A DNA stretch of 64,000 nt from Squalus acanthias (lineage: Eukaryota). Position numbers and translations under genes: made by a program. Numbering within the stretch: position 1 is the stretch's first letter; every line of letters begins with the position of its first letter. The DNA is taken from NCBI GenBank assembly GCA_030390025.1, contig CM059432.1:63800001-63864000 (forward strand), read 5' to 3'. Positions 35,492 to 48,140 of this stretch are shown in pieces. A model generated the notes under the pieces. It saw only the letters and a list, made by a program, of their open reading frames with translations, had not been told where the DNA came from and searched no databases.

Positions 35492-38400
35492 TAGGAACGG
35501 TAGCATTGTGGTTATGTTATTGGACTAGTAATCCAGAAGCCTGGACAAATGATCCAAAGGCGTGAGTTCAAATCCCACCACGGCAGCTGGGGAATTTAAA
35601 CTCAGTTAATTAAATGAATCTGGAATAAAAAGCTAGTATCAGTAATGGTGACAATGAACCTATTGGATTGTCGTAAAAACCCATCTGGTTCACTAATGTT
35701 CTTTAGGGAAGGAAATCTGCCGTCCTTACCTGATCTGGCCTCTATGTGACTCCAGACCCACAGCAATGTGGTTGACTCTTAACTGCCCTCTGAAATGGCC
35801 CAGCAAGTCACTCAGTTGTAAAAAACCGCTACGAAACAAAATAAGCATAAAACCGGACTGACCACCCGGCATCAACCTCGGCACCGGCTACGGACACAGC
35901 AACAGCCCAGCCCAGTCGACCCTGCAAAGTCCTCCTCACCAACATCTGGGGACTTGTGCCAAAATTGGGAGAACTGTCCCACAGACTAGTCAAGCAACAG
36001 CCTGACATAGTCATACTCACAAAACCATACCTTTCAGCCAATGTCCCAAAATCCTCCATCACCATCCCTGGGTATGTCCTGTTCCACCGGCAGGACAGAC
36101 CCAGCAGGGGTGGCGGCACAGTGGTATACAGTCGGGAAGGATTGGCCCTGGGAGTCCTCAATATTGACTCCGGACCCCATGAAGTCTCATGGTTTCAGGT
36201 CAAGCATGGGCAAGGAAACCTCCTGCTGATTACCACCTACCGCCCTCCATCAGCTGATGAATCAGTACTCCACCATGTTGAACACCACTTGGAAGAATAC
36301 TGAGAGTAGCAAGGGCACAGAATGTACTCTGGGTGGGGGACTTCAATGTCCATCACCAAGAGTGGCTCGGTAGCACCACTACTGACTGAGCTAGCCAAGT
36401 CCTGAAGGACATAGCTGCCAGTCTGGGCCTGCGACAGGTGGTGAGAGAACCAACACGAGGGAAAAAGCTACTTGACCTCGTCCTCACCAATCTACCTGTC
36501 GCAGATTCATCTGTCCATGACAGCATTGGTAGCAGTGACCAGCGCACAGTCATTGTGGAGATGAAGTCCCATCTTCACATTGAGGACACCCTCCATCGTG
36601 TTGTGTGGCACTACCACCGTGCTAAATGGGATAGATTCAGAACAGATCTAGCAGCTCAAAACTGGACATCGATGAGCCATCAGCAGCAGCAGAATTGTAT
36701 TCCAGCACAATCTGTAACCTCATGGCCTGGCATATACCTCACTTTACCATTACCATCAAGCTAGGGGACCAACCCTGGTTCAATAAGGTGTGTAGAAGAG
36801 CATGCCAGGAGCAGCACCAGGTGTACCTAAAAATTTGGTGCCAACCTGGGGAAGCTGCAACACAGGACTACATGCATGCGAAAAAGCGGAAGCAGCATGC
36901 TATAGACAGAGCTACGCGATCCCACAACCAACGGATCAGATCAAAGCTCTGCAGTCCTGCCACATCCAGTCGTGAATGGTGGTGGACCATTAAACAACTA
37001 ACGGGAGGAGGAGTCTCCATGAATATCCCCATCTTCAATGATGGTGGAGCCCAGCACGTGAGTGCAAAAGGTCAAAGCTGAAGCGTTTGCAAGCATCTTC
37101 AGCCAGAAGTGCCGAGTGGATGATTCATATCGGATTCCTCCTGAGGTCCCCACCACCACAGAAGCCAGTCTTCAGCCAATTCGATTCACTCCACGTGATA
37201 TCAAGAAACGGCTGAGCACACTGGATACAGCAAAGGCTATGGGCCCCGACAACATCCCGGCTGTCGTGCTGAAGACTTGTACTCCAGAACTAGCCACGCC
37301 TCTAGCCAAGCTGTTCCAGTACAGCTATAACACTGGCATCTATCTGACAATGTGGAAAGCTGCCCAGATATGTCCTGTCCACTAAAAGTAGGACAAATGC
37401 AATCCGGCCAATCACCACCCCATCAGTCTACTCTTAATCATCAGCAAAGTGATGGAAGGTGTTGTCGACAGTGTTACCAAGCAGCACTTACTCACCAATA
37501 ACCTGCTCACTGATGCCCAGTTTGGGTTCCACCAGGACCACTCGGCTCCAGACCGCATGGACAAAGGAGCTGAATTCCAGAGGTGAGGTGAGAGTGACTG
37601 CCCTTGACTTCAAGGCAGCATTTGACATGTGGCATCAAGGAGCCCTAGTAAAACTGAAGTCACTGGGAATCGGGGGGAAAATGCTCCACTGGCTGGAGTC
37701 ATACCTAGCGCAAAGGAAGATGGTTGTGGTTGTTGAGGTCAATCATCTCAGCCCCAGGACGTCGCTGCACTAGTTCCTCAGGGCAGTGTCCTAGGCCCAA
37801 CCATCTTCAGCTGCGTCATCAATGACCTACCCTCCATTATAAGGTCAGAAGTGGGGATGTTCGCTGATGACTGCACAGTATTTAGTGTTATTCGCAACTC
37901 CTCAGATAATGAAGCAGTCTATGCCCGCATGCAGCAAGACCTGGACGGCTTGGGCTGATAAGTGGCAGGTATCATTCGCGCTACACAAGGGCCAGGCAAT
38001 GACTATCTCCAACAAGCGAGCGTCTAACCATCACCCCTTGACATTTAATGGCTTTACCATCGTCGAATCCTCCACCATCAATATCCTAGGGGTCACCATT
38101 GACCAGAAACTTAACTGGACCAGCCACATAAATACTGTGGCAACAAGAGCAGGTCAGAGGCTGGGTATTCTGCGGCGAGTGTCTCACTTCCGGACTCCCC
38201 AAAGCCTTTCCACCATCTACTAGGCACAAGTCAGGAATGTGATGGAATACTCTCCACTTGCCTGGATGAGTGCAGCTCCAACAACACTCAAGAAGCTCGA
38301 CACCATCAAAGACAAAGCAGCCTGCTTGATTGGCACTCCATCCACCACCTTAAACATTCACTCCCTCCACCACCGGTGTACCGTGGCTGCAGTGTGTACC

Positions 38401-38755
38401 ATCTACAAGATGCACTGCAGCAACTCGCCAAGGCTTCTTCGGCAGCACCTCCCAAACCCGCGACCTCTACCACCTAGAAGGACAAGGGCAGCAGGCACAT
38501 GGGAACACCACCACCTCCAAGTTCCCCTTCAAGTCACACACTATCCTGACTTGGAAGTAGATCGCCGTTCCTTCATCGTCGCTGGGTCAAAATCCTGGAA
38601 CTCCCTCCCTAACAGCACTGTGGGAGTACCTTCACCACACGGAGTGCAGTGGTTCAAGAAGGCGGCTCACCATCACCTTCTCAAGGGCAACTAGGGATGG
38701 GCAATAAATGCTGGCCTTGCCAGCAATGCCCACATCCCATGAACTAATAATTTTT
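35492..38755 (+). mobile_element. Full-length uninterrupted (but mutated) tRNA-headed APE-RT LINE, ~3.26 kb
   Basis: Same head, UTR, APE (KVLLTNIWGL, PDIVILT, GDFNVHH, SD), RT and 3' end as 18017-23759. No room for an ORF1. Confidence 0.93.
35494..35585 (+). promoter_or_regulatory. tRNA-Ser-like Pol III promoter head
   Basis: A-box-like TAGCATTGTGG, arm TGGA-CTAGTAA-TCCA, long variable region, B-box AGTTCAAATCC. Confidence 0.7.
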
Positions 38756-40209
38756 TAAAATCGCCCCCTTTATCTTCAGTAATTGTTAGCAGCTATATGG
38801 GCATTAGTAAAATTTGTTTAAAGTTAATAATCTCAAATAACTCATCCATAAAGTTCCCTGGGTATCATAGGTAAGCAAGTCTGGATTATGGACTACAGTC
38901 TGACAAGGGCAAATTCTCACTTTTTACTCACCTTTTTTGATAAAATGAACATCAATAGAAATGTTGTCATCAAACATGAATTTTGTGAAACATCTATCAT
39001 TCAGTCCATCCAACTGGGCCTATCAGGAGTGCTTCTGGTGGAATTCCTGGGGAGGTCCGGGAATATCCCCTGACAGGCTGGGTTACAAAAAAAATATGGT
39101 CAATAACAGTGCTTATATGGCTTGTCATGACGACAGAGAATGAATTTAGAAATGGCAAATTAAGCATATTTTACATACGTTCGCACTTGTTTTTTCACTG
39201 CACTCGCAACATAGTAACTATAGATTATACTGACTGATTTCCTGTGGTGTTGCTTATGGGTTATCTGGGTCTGAAGCACCGTCATGAAGATTAGCTGGTA
39301 GCCTGACTTTTCCCTTTGTCAGATATACCTTGTGGGAAGTAAATAGGCACATCCGGAGGCCAGGTGGAGGCCAATTGATCTTGCTGTTGAACATGTCTCT
39401 AGACTGGCAGCTGCTTGACTCTCATTGGCAGCAGGGGAGGGTCTCTCTAAATCCGTAAAACAACAGTAAATGACTGCAATTCTTTCTCTTTTTGCTTATT
39501 TTTATAAAGATTTTTCATTTTTTGTGGTTTAAACTGAGTGTGACATCTGACTTGTGACAGTTGCACTAGAAAGAAGGATCCAGAAAATCCAGGGAAGGAC
39601 CTTTTGGCAAATTTTGGGCAGAGTGGAATTTCTGATTTCTCTGTGGATATGTTCCTGACCCTGTCCCAAAATTTCAGAGTCAGGGGTACTTCTGTTGTCC
39701 TGGTGGGTACATGCACCATTTATGGCACTGATTACAGCATTGCCAGAACAAGTAACAAAAAATGGTGTCACTTTCTCTGCAGGCCATTTTTCCAGAAGCA
39801 ATTCGATTGTTCTGTGATTCATTGCTTTTGGGAAACAGGCCTTTTAAAGTTTAAGGGGGAAAAATTTGGTATTGCCCATTTTGGGGCGCTAACATGGCCT
39901 GGGCTCTAACTTTAACGCCTGCTGCTAATTAGCACTGGCGATCATGAAATTCAGTTTTAGCAGCCCAAGTGTGAAGTGGAGCGCTAAATGAAACGCTAAA
40001 CACTCCTCTTAGGGCGCTAATGTCAGAGAGTGGGGCGCAACTGCAGAACGCTACTCAAGCTCAGGCACTGTCAATTACAAGTACTCAGACAGACTGTCGC
40101 CTTCCAGTTCTTAAAGGGGAGGGTCAATCATGCTGCACAGCTTCACTCTGATCATTGCTGCTTGTGAACTGGGCCTGCAAGGAGGTGCAATCCATCAACC
40201 ACAAATCTC

Positions 40210-42060
40210 ATGGCTGATCTGAGGCCCAGGGAGAAAGCTTACCAGTTCAGCGACCAGGCATTGGAGGTTCTGGTCGCGGCCGTGGAATGCTGACGGGCAG
40301 TGCTCTTCCCAGACACTGGCAGGAGGCCATTGCCGCAGGACTTCAGGAGGATGTTGAGGGAGGTCGCCCAGTATGTCTCGGCCAGAAGTGTGGTCCACAG
40401 GACTCCCACCCAGTGCTGCAAGAAGTTCAATGACCTTACTCGGGTGGTCAGGGTGAGTCCATGCTTCAAAAATCTGTACATCCCACCATTTCAACCTCAC
40501 TCTATGCACAGACGGTATAAACCGCCAAATCCCCAACACTCACCCACCAACTATGCCCACCTGCTAAAAGTGACATCCATATCTCACGCCTTGCATACAT
40601 TTACAGCTATTCAACTATGGTAAGCACATCTGCCAAACACATGGCTGCACACTCACTCACACGCTGTCCTTTTTCTTGCAGGCCAAGCTTGCTCATAACA
40701 GGAGGGAACAGCAACGCACAGGAGGAGGTCAGGTGGAGCTGCACCCCCTTACAGACCTGGAGGAGTGAGTGCGCAGCATCATTGCGGCCCAGGTCGTGGG
40801 CACTGTGGCAGTCGGAGAGGTCGACCCCCTTGGGGACAACAATGGTATGTTCATCACCTCTCCCTCTTCTCTCATACCACTTCTCCCTCACACCACAAGC
40901 CCTTCCCACTTTCCATCTAAGTATACTGTCTCCATTCCTTGCTCCCTTCCTGCCCCCCTCTCCTGACGTTAAACCCACTTTATGCTTTCTGATAATCAGC
41001 CACCATCTGAGCAGCCTGTCCCTCAGCCTCCCAGTGGCAGTGACACGGGAGAGGAGGAGGAACACCAAGCCGGAGCCTCACTGCCTGTGCCTCCTGAGGG
41101 CGAGACATCCGATAATGGGGCCACGCGGTCGTTGGAGGGGAGCAGAGGAAATGGCTCTGATGTAGGTGAAGCTCCGGGACCCAGCGGGCTGCAGCAATGT
41201 CATGGGGAAAGGGAAGCTCGGGGACCATCTCCCCGGAGGGTGAATGCACGCACGAGTTCTGCTGCGCAGGACTCGGATGAGGACCTCGATGTCGAGGCGA
41301 TGACCACACAAGTGATGAGCATGCATACTGAGCTCATGGGTACAATGGCAAGGGTGCCCGAGAGCATGGATACACTGCCTAGGAGCATGGAGGAGTCCGC
41401 CTCCAGCATTGCTCTCATCTCTGTGTAAACCATCGAGCCCATCCTTGGCACTTTGCAGAGGATGGTTGCCTCGCAGAGAGACCGTGGGGACCCAGACCTC
41501 ATGCCGTGTGTAATGGATGAGGTGGCAGCATCTATTGCAGCACAGGCCGAGGCAACACAATAGCTTAGTGCTGTAATGGAGTCAGTGATTGGTGACATCC
41601 AATCTCATTCTGCTCTCATGCAATCTCAGATTGATGCCACGCAAGCGCTGACTGCTACCATCGTCGCTGGGTCGCCCACAGTTCACCGGGGATCTCACGG
41701 GCCGCTTCAGGCCAGCAATCTGCGCTCGAGCAGATTGCTACGGATGCTAAGGGTCTGCCCCGGGAGAGTGGCAGTGTTTCGAGCAGGAAGGTCCTGTCTT
41801 CTCTCAGGATGACAGCATTCTGCTCCCACCACTGCCACTCCGCCATTGCACTTGCTGCAGCCTGTAACCCAGCCATCCCAGACTGCTGCCGCACATGCTG
41901 AGGTGATGCAGTCTACAGCCGGGCCTTCCAGGTCCAGAGCTGGCTGAGGGCGTCGTACAAGGCCATCTGCAGTCTCTGGCTCCCAGACTCAGCAGCCTTC
42001 CGCCAACCTTGCTGCAGCCACTGGGGCCACATTATGGAGGAGCAGATCGGGTTGGGAGGA
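40210..42060 (+). pseudogene. Harbinger Myb/SANT-like gene, 3 exons
   Basis: ATG 40210, FSDQALEVLV...QCCKKFNDLTRVVR|gtgagt; acceptor ttcttgcag ~40681; donor gtatgt ~40844; acidic/coiled-coil exon 3. Contains stops. Confidence 0.85.
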
Positions 42061-42402
42061 GGGGGAATTCAAAGGGGAGGGAGATCATTGAGGAAGGGTG
42101 AGTAAATAATACATTATTAGCAAATGGGGGGAGTGTGAGTAAATAATTTGATGTCTTTGTAAATATATTGTTGAGTTTGGTAACAAATAGGTCAGCTTGC
42201 TAAGAAAGAGTTGTGTTTGTTGATAAATTGTTGTGTTTGTTTATTATTGGTTGTGTTTCATAAGAGAGAGTTGTGCACGATAATAAATAGTTAATTCGAC
42301 GTAGCACATTTTGTGATGTTTCTCATTGACCTTTGCTCGATGATAGGGGCTGCAAGCTGGATGTAATGATGTGATTGTGCTGTGCAAAGGCCATGTGCTA
42401 TC

Positions 42403-43540
42403 TCATTTATTGGAAGCGCTGTCTAATGAGGCGATCACGAACAGCCCTTGTAGAAGCAAGATTGAGTGCCTCCCTCCTACGTTGCTGCTGCTTCTCCTCC
42501 TCTTCATCCTCTTTCTCCACCTCTTCCTCCTCCTGTCCCTATTCCTTCTCCTGAGGTGGTCCTGCAATCCTGGTGGCAATGGCTGGGCCCTCAGAATAGC
42601 CAGGTTGTGCAGCATGCAGCACACAACTATGAAAAGGGAGACTTGATTAAGGGAGTACTGCAGGACTCCTCCAGAGCGGTCAAGGCAGTGGAACCATTGC
42701 TTTAGCACCCTGATAGTTTGTTCGATCAGGTTCCTGGTGGCGGTATGGCTGTCATTGTATGCGTGCTGAGCAGGAGTGTTGGGGTTGCGGAGGGGTGTCA
42801 TCAGCCAGGTGATGAGTGATAACCCTGGTCTCTGAGCAGCCAGCCGTGAGCTTCATGTGATGGGTGGATGAATGCATCGTGGCTGCTGCCAGGATAGCGG
42901 GCATTGAAGGCGAGGATCTGTGGTCTGTGGTCGCACACCAACTGAATGTTCAGAGAGTGGTAGCCTTTGCCGTTACAGAAGACCTCTGCATTGTGATGAG
43001 GTGCCCGCAATGCCACATGGGTGCAGTCAATGGTGCCCTGAACCATGGGGAAGCCCGCTATCCTTGCAAAGCCACATGAGCGTTCATCCTGTTTCTCTCT
43101 GGTCATGGGGAATGAGATGTACTCCCTTCTCCTTCTGTACAGAGCATCTGTGACCTCCCTGATACTGCAACGGCAAACTGAGAAACGTTTGCAATATCCC
43201 CTGTTGAAGCCTGGAAGGAGCCACTGGTGCAGAAATTGAGAGCGACTGTGACCTTCACTGCCACTGAGAGAGACGTCCTGGTCCTGATCTGAAGCTGGAG
43301 CTCTGGCTGCAGGAGGTGGCAGAGCTCTGTGACCACCTCCTTGCTGAAGCGGAGCCTTCTGAGGCACTGCTCCTCTGACAGATGAATGTAGGAGAAGTGC
43401 TCCTGGAATACCCTGGATGGGTAAGGTCTCCTGTTGAGAGCCCTGTTGGCCCTCCTCCCTCTGGCCACGTTTTGCAATATTCTTCTCTGCCTCTGCCAGT
43501 GACACTGGAGGGCGAGGTCCAGTGCCAGTACAGCCCCCAT
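42403..43540 (-). pseudogene. Harbinger DDE transposase (HARBI1-like), frameshifted
   Basis: [65 protein letters not shown]. Confidence 0.92.
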
Positions 43541-44777
43541 TAAGTGTTGGAAACGTTGCACTATCAAATGTAACCCAAATGAAAGTGATACATTTTTCTC
43601 AGGCGCAAAACTCCTTCAAGTAGAAAAAGCTCAAATCAGTAAAATCGCCTGTCTACTTCTATCAAACTGACAAGGCAGCATTGTTTCCCGACTAAAAAAA
43701 AATGGAAGTTCACGCCTTTATATAGAGCTCCTCCAGTACTCAACCGACTGCAAACCGCCTCTCTACCTGTCGTTGCTAACGGCAGGCGCTGAGGCAGGGG
43801 GCGAGAACGAATTTCTGGTCCGGGGCGTTACCGGGGCGATGCGCGGCCGGATGATGTCACGATCTCCGGCCGCAGGCGGGAGTGGCGATAGTGGTTAGCG
43901 CTGTCGCAAACCGCCAGGTGAATTTCGGTGGCGGCGCTATTATCTCAGCGCCCTGTTAGTGCCTGCCGGAGGCGCTAACAGGAGGCGTTAAGGTACCCAA
44001 TTTCTAGCCCTAAATCCCTTGCAAGCTCTTGACAATGCTGAACGCCACGATCACTAGGACACAAATGGCGGGAGGTATTTTGTATGATGTATTTCCCTCA
44101 TTGCATGGTATCCTAATGTGTCTGACATTTGTGGGCAGACATATTAAGCATCTGTCCCCATCTCCACGAAAACTTCTGCCGGGGACAAAAAGGGGCAAGT
44201 TCTTGGCGCAACTGAGTAATTCTTCCCAAAAGATGGTTCATTTTGCGACCCCATGGCCATGAAATTTCATCCCCAAGGTTTTTTGTGTATAGGTAATGTA
44301 GGAATAACTCAGCTACTATAGTGCAATCCATATAGATTAATAATATAACTACAGTACAAAATCAATTACTAGATACAGTAAAAAGTATGTAACAGCATTA
44401 TATATAATTTATTTATTAACCATGTTATTAATATATTAATGAACATTTCTATAATTTTTAAAAGAACCATATATTTTAAAGTGATAGTGCTGGATATTTA
44501 AAAAAATCAAAAACAATTTCCAAATAATCTCATTTTGAAAATTAATTATCCACTTCCTTTTAATCATAGAACAAGATAAAATAATAATGGTTCCTCATTC
44601 CAGTTGGGCATTCGAGAATATTGTTTAATTTATTTAAAAGTATATGGCCTTGAAAAAGGATAAGGCCCAAAAACGGGTGGAGTAACCGCACTGTGCTAAT
44701 TGCCTGTGCCTTTTCTAAGTGGACAAAAGTGAGAAGTCGCACAACACCAGGTTATAGTCCAACAGTTTTATTTGAAA

Positions 44778-44815
44778 TCACAAGCTTTCGGAGCTGCTGC
44801 TCCTTCGTCAGGTGA
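44778..44815 (-). ncRNA. Minimal type I hammerhead ribozyme
   Basis: Minus strand reads TCAC-CTGACGA-A-GGAGC-AGCA-GCTCC-GAAA-GCTT-GTGA. Confidence 0.88.
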
Positions 44816-45139
44816 AGTGAAGGAATACAAATCGGAAAAGCATATATAGACAAAGAACAATGCCTGTGCAGCGTACAATGTCAGACGACTACAGTTAATC
44901 TTTCTGACTGCCTTTTATCACACCTCGGCAGAGAGACAATCAGGTCAGTCAGGGAGACATTATATCAAAGACATAGCAAGATACAACTAAGACAATGAGG
45001 TGGGGTCACAGGGGGTCTAATGTGTCAAATGCTGCAGTCTGTATGGAAAACCATAAACTTTTTACTTTTTTTACTGGAAATCACATCTGTGAACAAGCCA
45101 ACGACGACTCGAGTCTGGATGACTCTACGTCAGGTGGGG

Positions 45140-45836
45140 TTACATGTAGCGTGACATGAACCCGAGATCCCGGTTGAGGCCGTCCTCATGGGTGCTGAAC
45201 TTGGCTATCAGTTTCTGCTCGATGATTTTGCGTTGTCGTGTGTCTCGAAGGCCGCCTTGGAGAACGCTTACCCGAAGATCCGAGGCTGAATGTCCTTGAC
45301 TGCTGAAGTGTTCCCCGACTGGGAGGGAACACTCCTGCCTGGCGATTGTTGCGCGGTGTCCGTTCATACGTTGTCGCAGTATCTGCATGGTCTCGCCGAT
45401 GTACCATGCCCCGGGGCATCCTCTCCTGCAATGTATGAGGTAGACAATGTTGGCCGAGTCACATGAGTATGCACCATGTACCTGGTGGGTAGTGTCCTCA
45501 CGTGTGATGATGGTATCTGTGTTGATGATCTGGCATGTCTTGCAGAGGTTGCCGTGGCAGGGTTGTGTGGTGTCGTGGTCGCTGTTCTCCTGAAAGCTGG
45601 GTAATTTGCTGCGGTTAGGCGGCTGTTTGAAGGCGAGTAGTGGAGGCATGGGGATGGCCTTAGCGAGGTGTTCGTCGTCATCGATGACATGTTGAAGGCT
45701 GCGAAGAACATGGCGTAGTTTCTCCGCTCCGGGGAAGTACTGGACGACGTAGGGTACTCTGTTGGTTGTGTCCCGTGTTCGCCTTCTGAGGAAGTCTATG
45801 CGATTTTTCGCTGTGGCCCGTCGGAACTGTCGATCT
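45140..45836 (-). pseudogene. Penelope GIY-YIG (Uri) endonuclease, C-terminal part of the polyprotein
   Basis: PCHGNLCKTC, NIVYLIHC..C..AWYIGET...LRQRMNGHR, VGEHF, EQKLI, GLNRD. Confidence 0.92.
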
Positions 45837-46058
45837 AAGTGGTGCAGGCAGCACACAAAATTCGTGCTGCCTGCTCATGAACATGATTGGAGCACTGATC
45901 TCAGCGCTAAACGCGCTGCTGATTGGTTTAGCGCTCAACGGGGTGGGCAATATCGGGTGCAGTGTACTGGCCAATAACGTTTGGCCTAGGCTTTCTCCAC
46001 TATTTAAAGGGGAGGTGCTTTGTTGCAGAAGCACCTCATTGTCAGATGAGAAGACACA

Positions 46059-47945
46059 ATGTCGTAACAGCCAAGAAAAAGAGCCAGGTGTTGTTATTCT
46101 GATGCTGCACTGGAGGCCTTGGTGCTGGGGGATCCAACAACGGTAGGCTGTCTTTCACCCGCAGGGAGGCAAGAGACCATCGAATCTCATCACCAGAAGA
46201 ATTTGGGAAGAGATTGCACAATCGTCACGGCCACCAGTGTTGTCCCAAGGACATAGATCCAGTGCCGCAAAAAGTTTAATGACCTTACACGGCTGGTCAC
46301 GATGAATGAAGGCTTCAGTAAAAGCCATATCCCAACATCTGCACCACAAGCCTCACACACTGCTCAATGCACCACACCCCCATCAATCAGGAACCAACAA
46401 TCTTTAGCTATCAACACTCATACCTCACAACCATGGCTTCACTTCAACCTCACACACTTACCACTGCTGCAACACTCACACCCATCTCACACCTTGCACA
46501 CACTGACAGCTATTCATCCATGGCAGGCACATCACCCAAACACATTGCACCACACTCAGTGACACACTTCCCTTTCTCTTGCAGGCAAAGATGGCACATA
46601 ACAGATGTGAGCAACAATGGACCAGAGGCGGCCAAGCCAGGACTGAGACCCTGACCGACCTCGAGGAATCAATCTTTGTAATTATTGGAGGGTCAGTAAC
46701 ATAGTCCGTAGCCAGCGGAGAAGTTGAAAGCATTGCTGATTATGACAATATGGTCATACCTAATCCTTCTTCTCACATCCCACTTCCCCCTCATCCCACA
46801 ATCTCTTCTCACTTACAAGCTGCTGATGGTGTATGCATGCATATCTTGCTTTCCACCCCCCTCCCCTCACCACAACCCGACTCTTGGGCCTTTCTCCTTT
46901 CAGAAATCCAAGAAGCACCACCAGCACAGCCTGTCCTTTATCATCATCAGCAAACTGACGGAGGGTGAGGACGAGGAGGGGGACGAGGAGAAACACCGGC
47001 ACTGCATTTGACACTTGCAGACACCAGCTCAGAAAATGGCACTGCGCATACTTTAGAGGGTAGTATACAGATGGGATCGGCACGTGTTGAGTCACTGGGC
47101 ACCAGTGGTCTGCAGCCAGGCCAGGGGGAAAGGGTAACTCGGGGACCAGCTCCACAGAGGGTGAGTTCGCGCATGAGTTCTGCTGCACAGGACTCAGATG
47201 ATGACTTTGATGGGGCGGCCTTCAGAAGGAGGGTGATGGGCATGCACACGGAAATGCTTGGTGCAATGGCAAGCCTGCCAGAGAGCCTCTTGTCAATGTC
47301 AAGGAGCATGGAGGAGTCCGGCTCCAATGTTGCACGGGGTTTGGTGCAGAGCTTGGAGCCCACGATTTCCAGGATGGAAATGATGGACAACTCCAGGAGA
47401 GACCTTGCGAACCCACGGATGATGCTGGGTGTGATGGGCAATCTTGCAGCTTCCAGTGCAGCACAGGTGGAAGCCACCCAACATCTCAGTGCTGGAATGG
47501 AAGTGCAGACTGCTCTCTTGCCATGCAAGCTTAGACTGCTGCCATTGTCGCTGGGTTTACGAGTGTCAATAGGAGCTTGCAGGGTGTCGCAGCAGTCCAG
47601 TAATCTGTGCTCCAACAGATTGCTAGGAATGCTGAGGGGCTGCCCCGGGGTGGGTGGGCCTGTGGAGCAAGAATCGGCTGTCCTCTCAGGATGACAGCAT
47701 TCCTACTCCCACCACTGCCACTCCACCATTGACCTTGCTGCTGCGTCTCAGCTAGCCAGCTCAGACTGCTGCCGCCCTTGCCGAGGTGGTGCAGTCTACA
47801 GCCGGGCCTTCTAGGTCCAGAGCTGTTCGAGATCGTCCTGCAAGGCCATCTGCAGTCTCCCCCACTGAAAGTCAGCAGCCTTCCACCAGCCATGCTGCAG
47901 CCACTGGGGGAGCATTTTGTAGGAGCATTAGAATAGGCACATGAA
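46059..47945 (+). pseudogene. Harbinger Myb/SANT-like gene
   Basis: SDAALEALV, QCRKKFNDLTR, and ORF 47008..47694 (SSAAQDSDDDFDG...MHTEMLGAMASLPES). Confidence 0.82.
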
Positions 47946-48140
47946 AGACACTAAAGGAATGCACAAACGTGAATAGTTGATAGTCATTGTGATTGGATTT
48001 TGATAAATTTATGAATTTTGTTTGGAATGTGTGTTTTGTGGTGGCTCTCATTTCAGCTTTGTGCCCAGGAAGACACTGTGATGTTGGGTGACAGAGGGAT
48101 GGTATGATGGGAAAGTGGTGAGAAATGGGGATCTGGGGTT

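Larger units (their letters stand above)
39855..44010. mobile_element. Complete two-gene PIF/Harbinger transposon (4156 bp), decayed ORFs
   Basis: TIRs GGGGGAAAAATT / AATTTCTAGCCC, exact TSD TAA (39852-54, 44011-13), convergent Myb and transposase genes. Confidence 0.95.
44718..45836 (-). mobile_element. 5'-truncated Penelope-like element (GIY-YIG end plus pLTR)
   Basis: Endonuclease ORF followed by a pLTR homologous to the palindrome arm at 13956-14425. Confidence 0.93.

Noticed and set aside
39447..39850. Short ORFs in apparently unique DNA (also 34651-34893, 54455-54919) as host exons
   Set aside because: No recognisable protein motif or convincing splice-bounded frame. A small exon cannot be excluded without a homology search.
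42403..43540. Domesticated host HARBI1 or NAIF1/MSANTD gene
   Set aside because: Multiple diverged, frameshifted copies bounded by TIRs/TSD indicate transposon copies, so no gene symbol was given.
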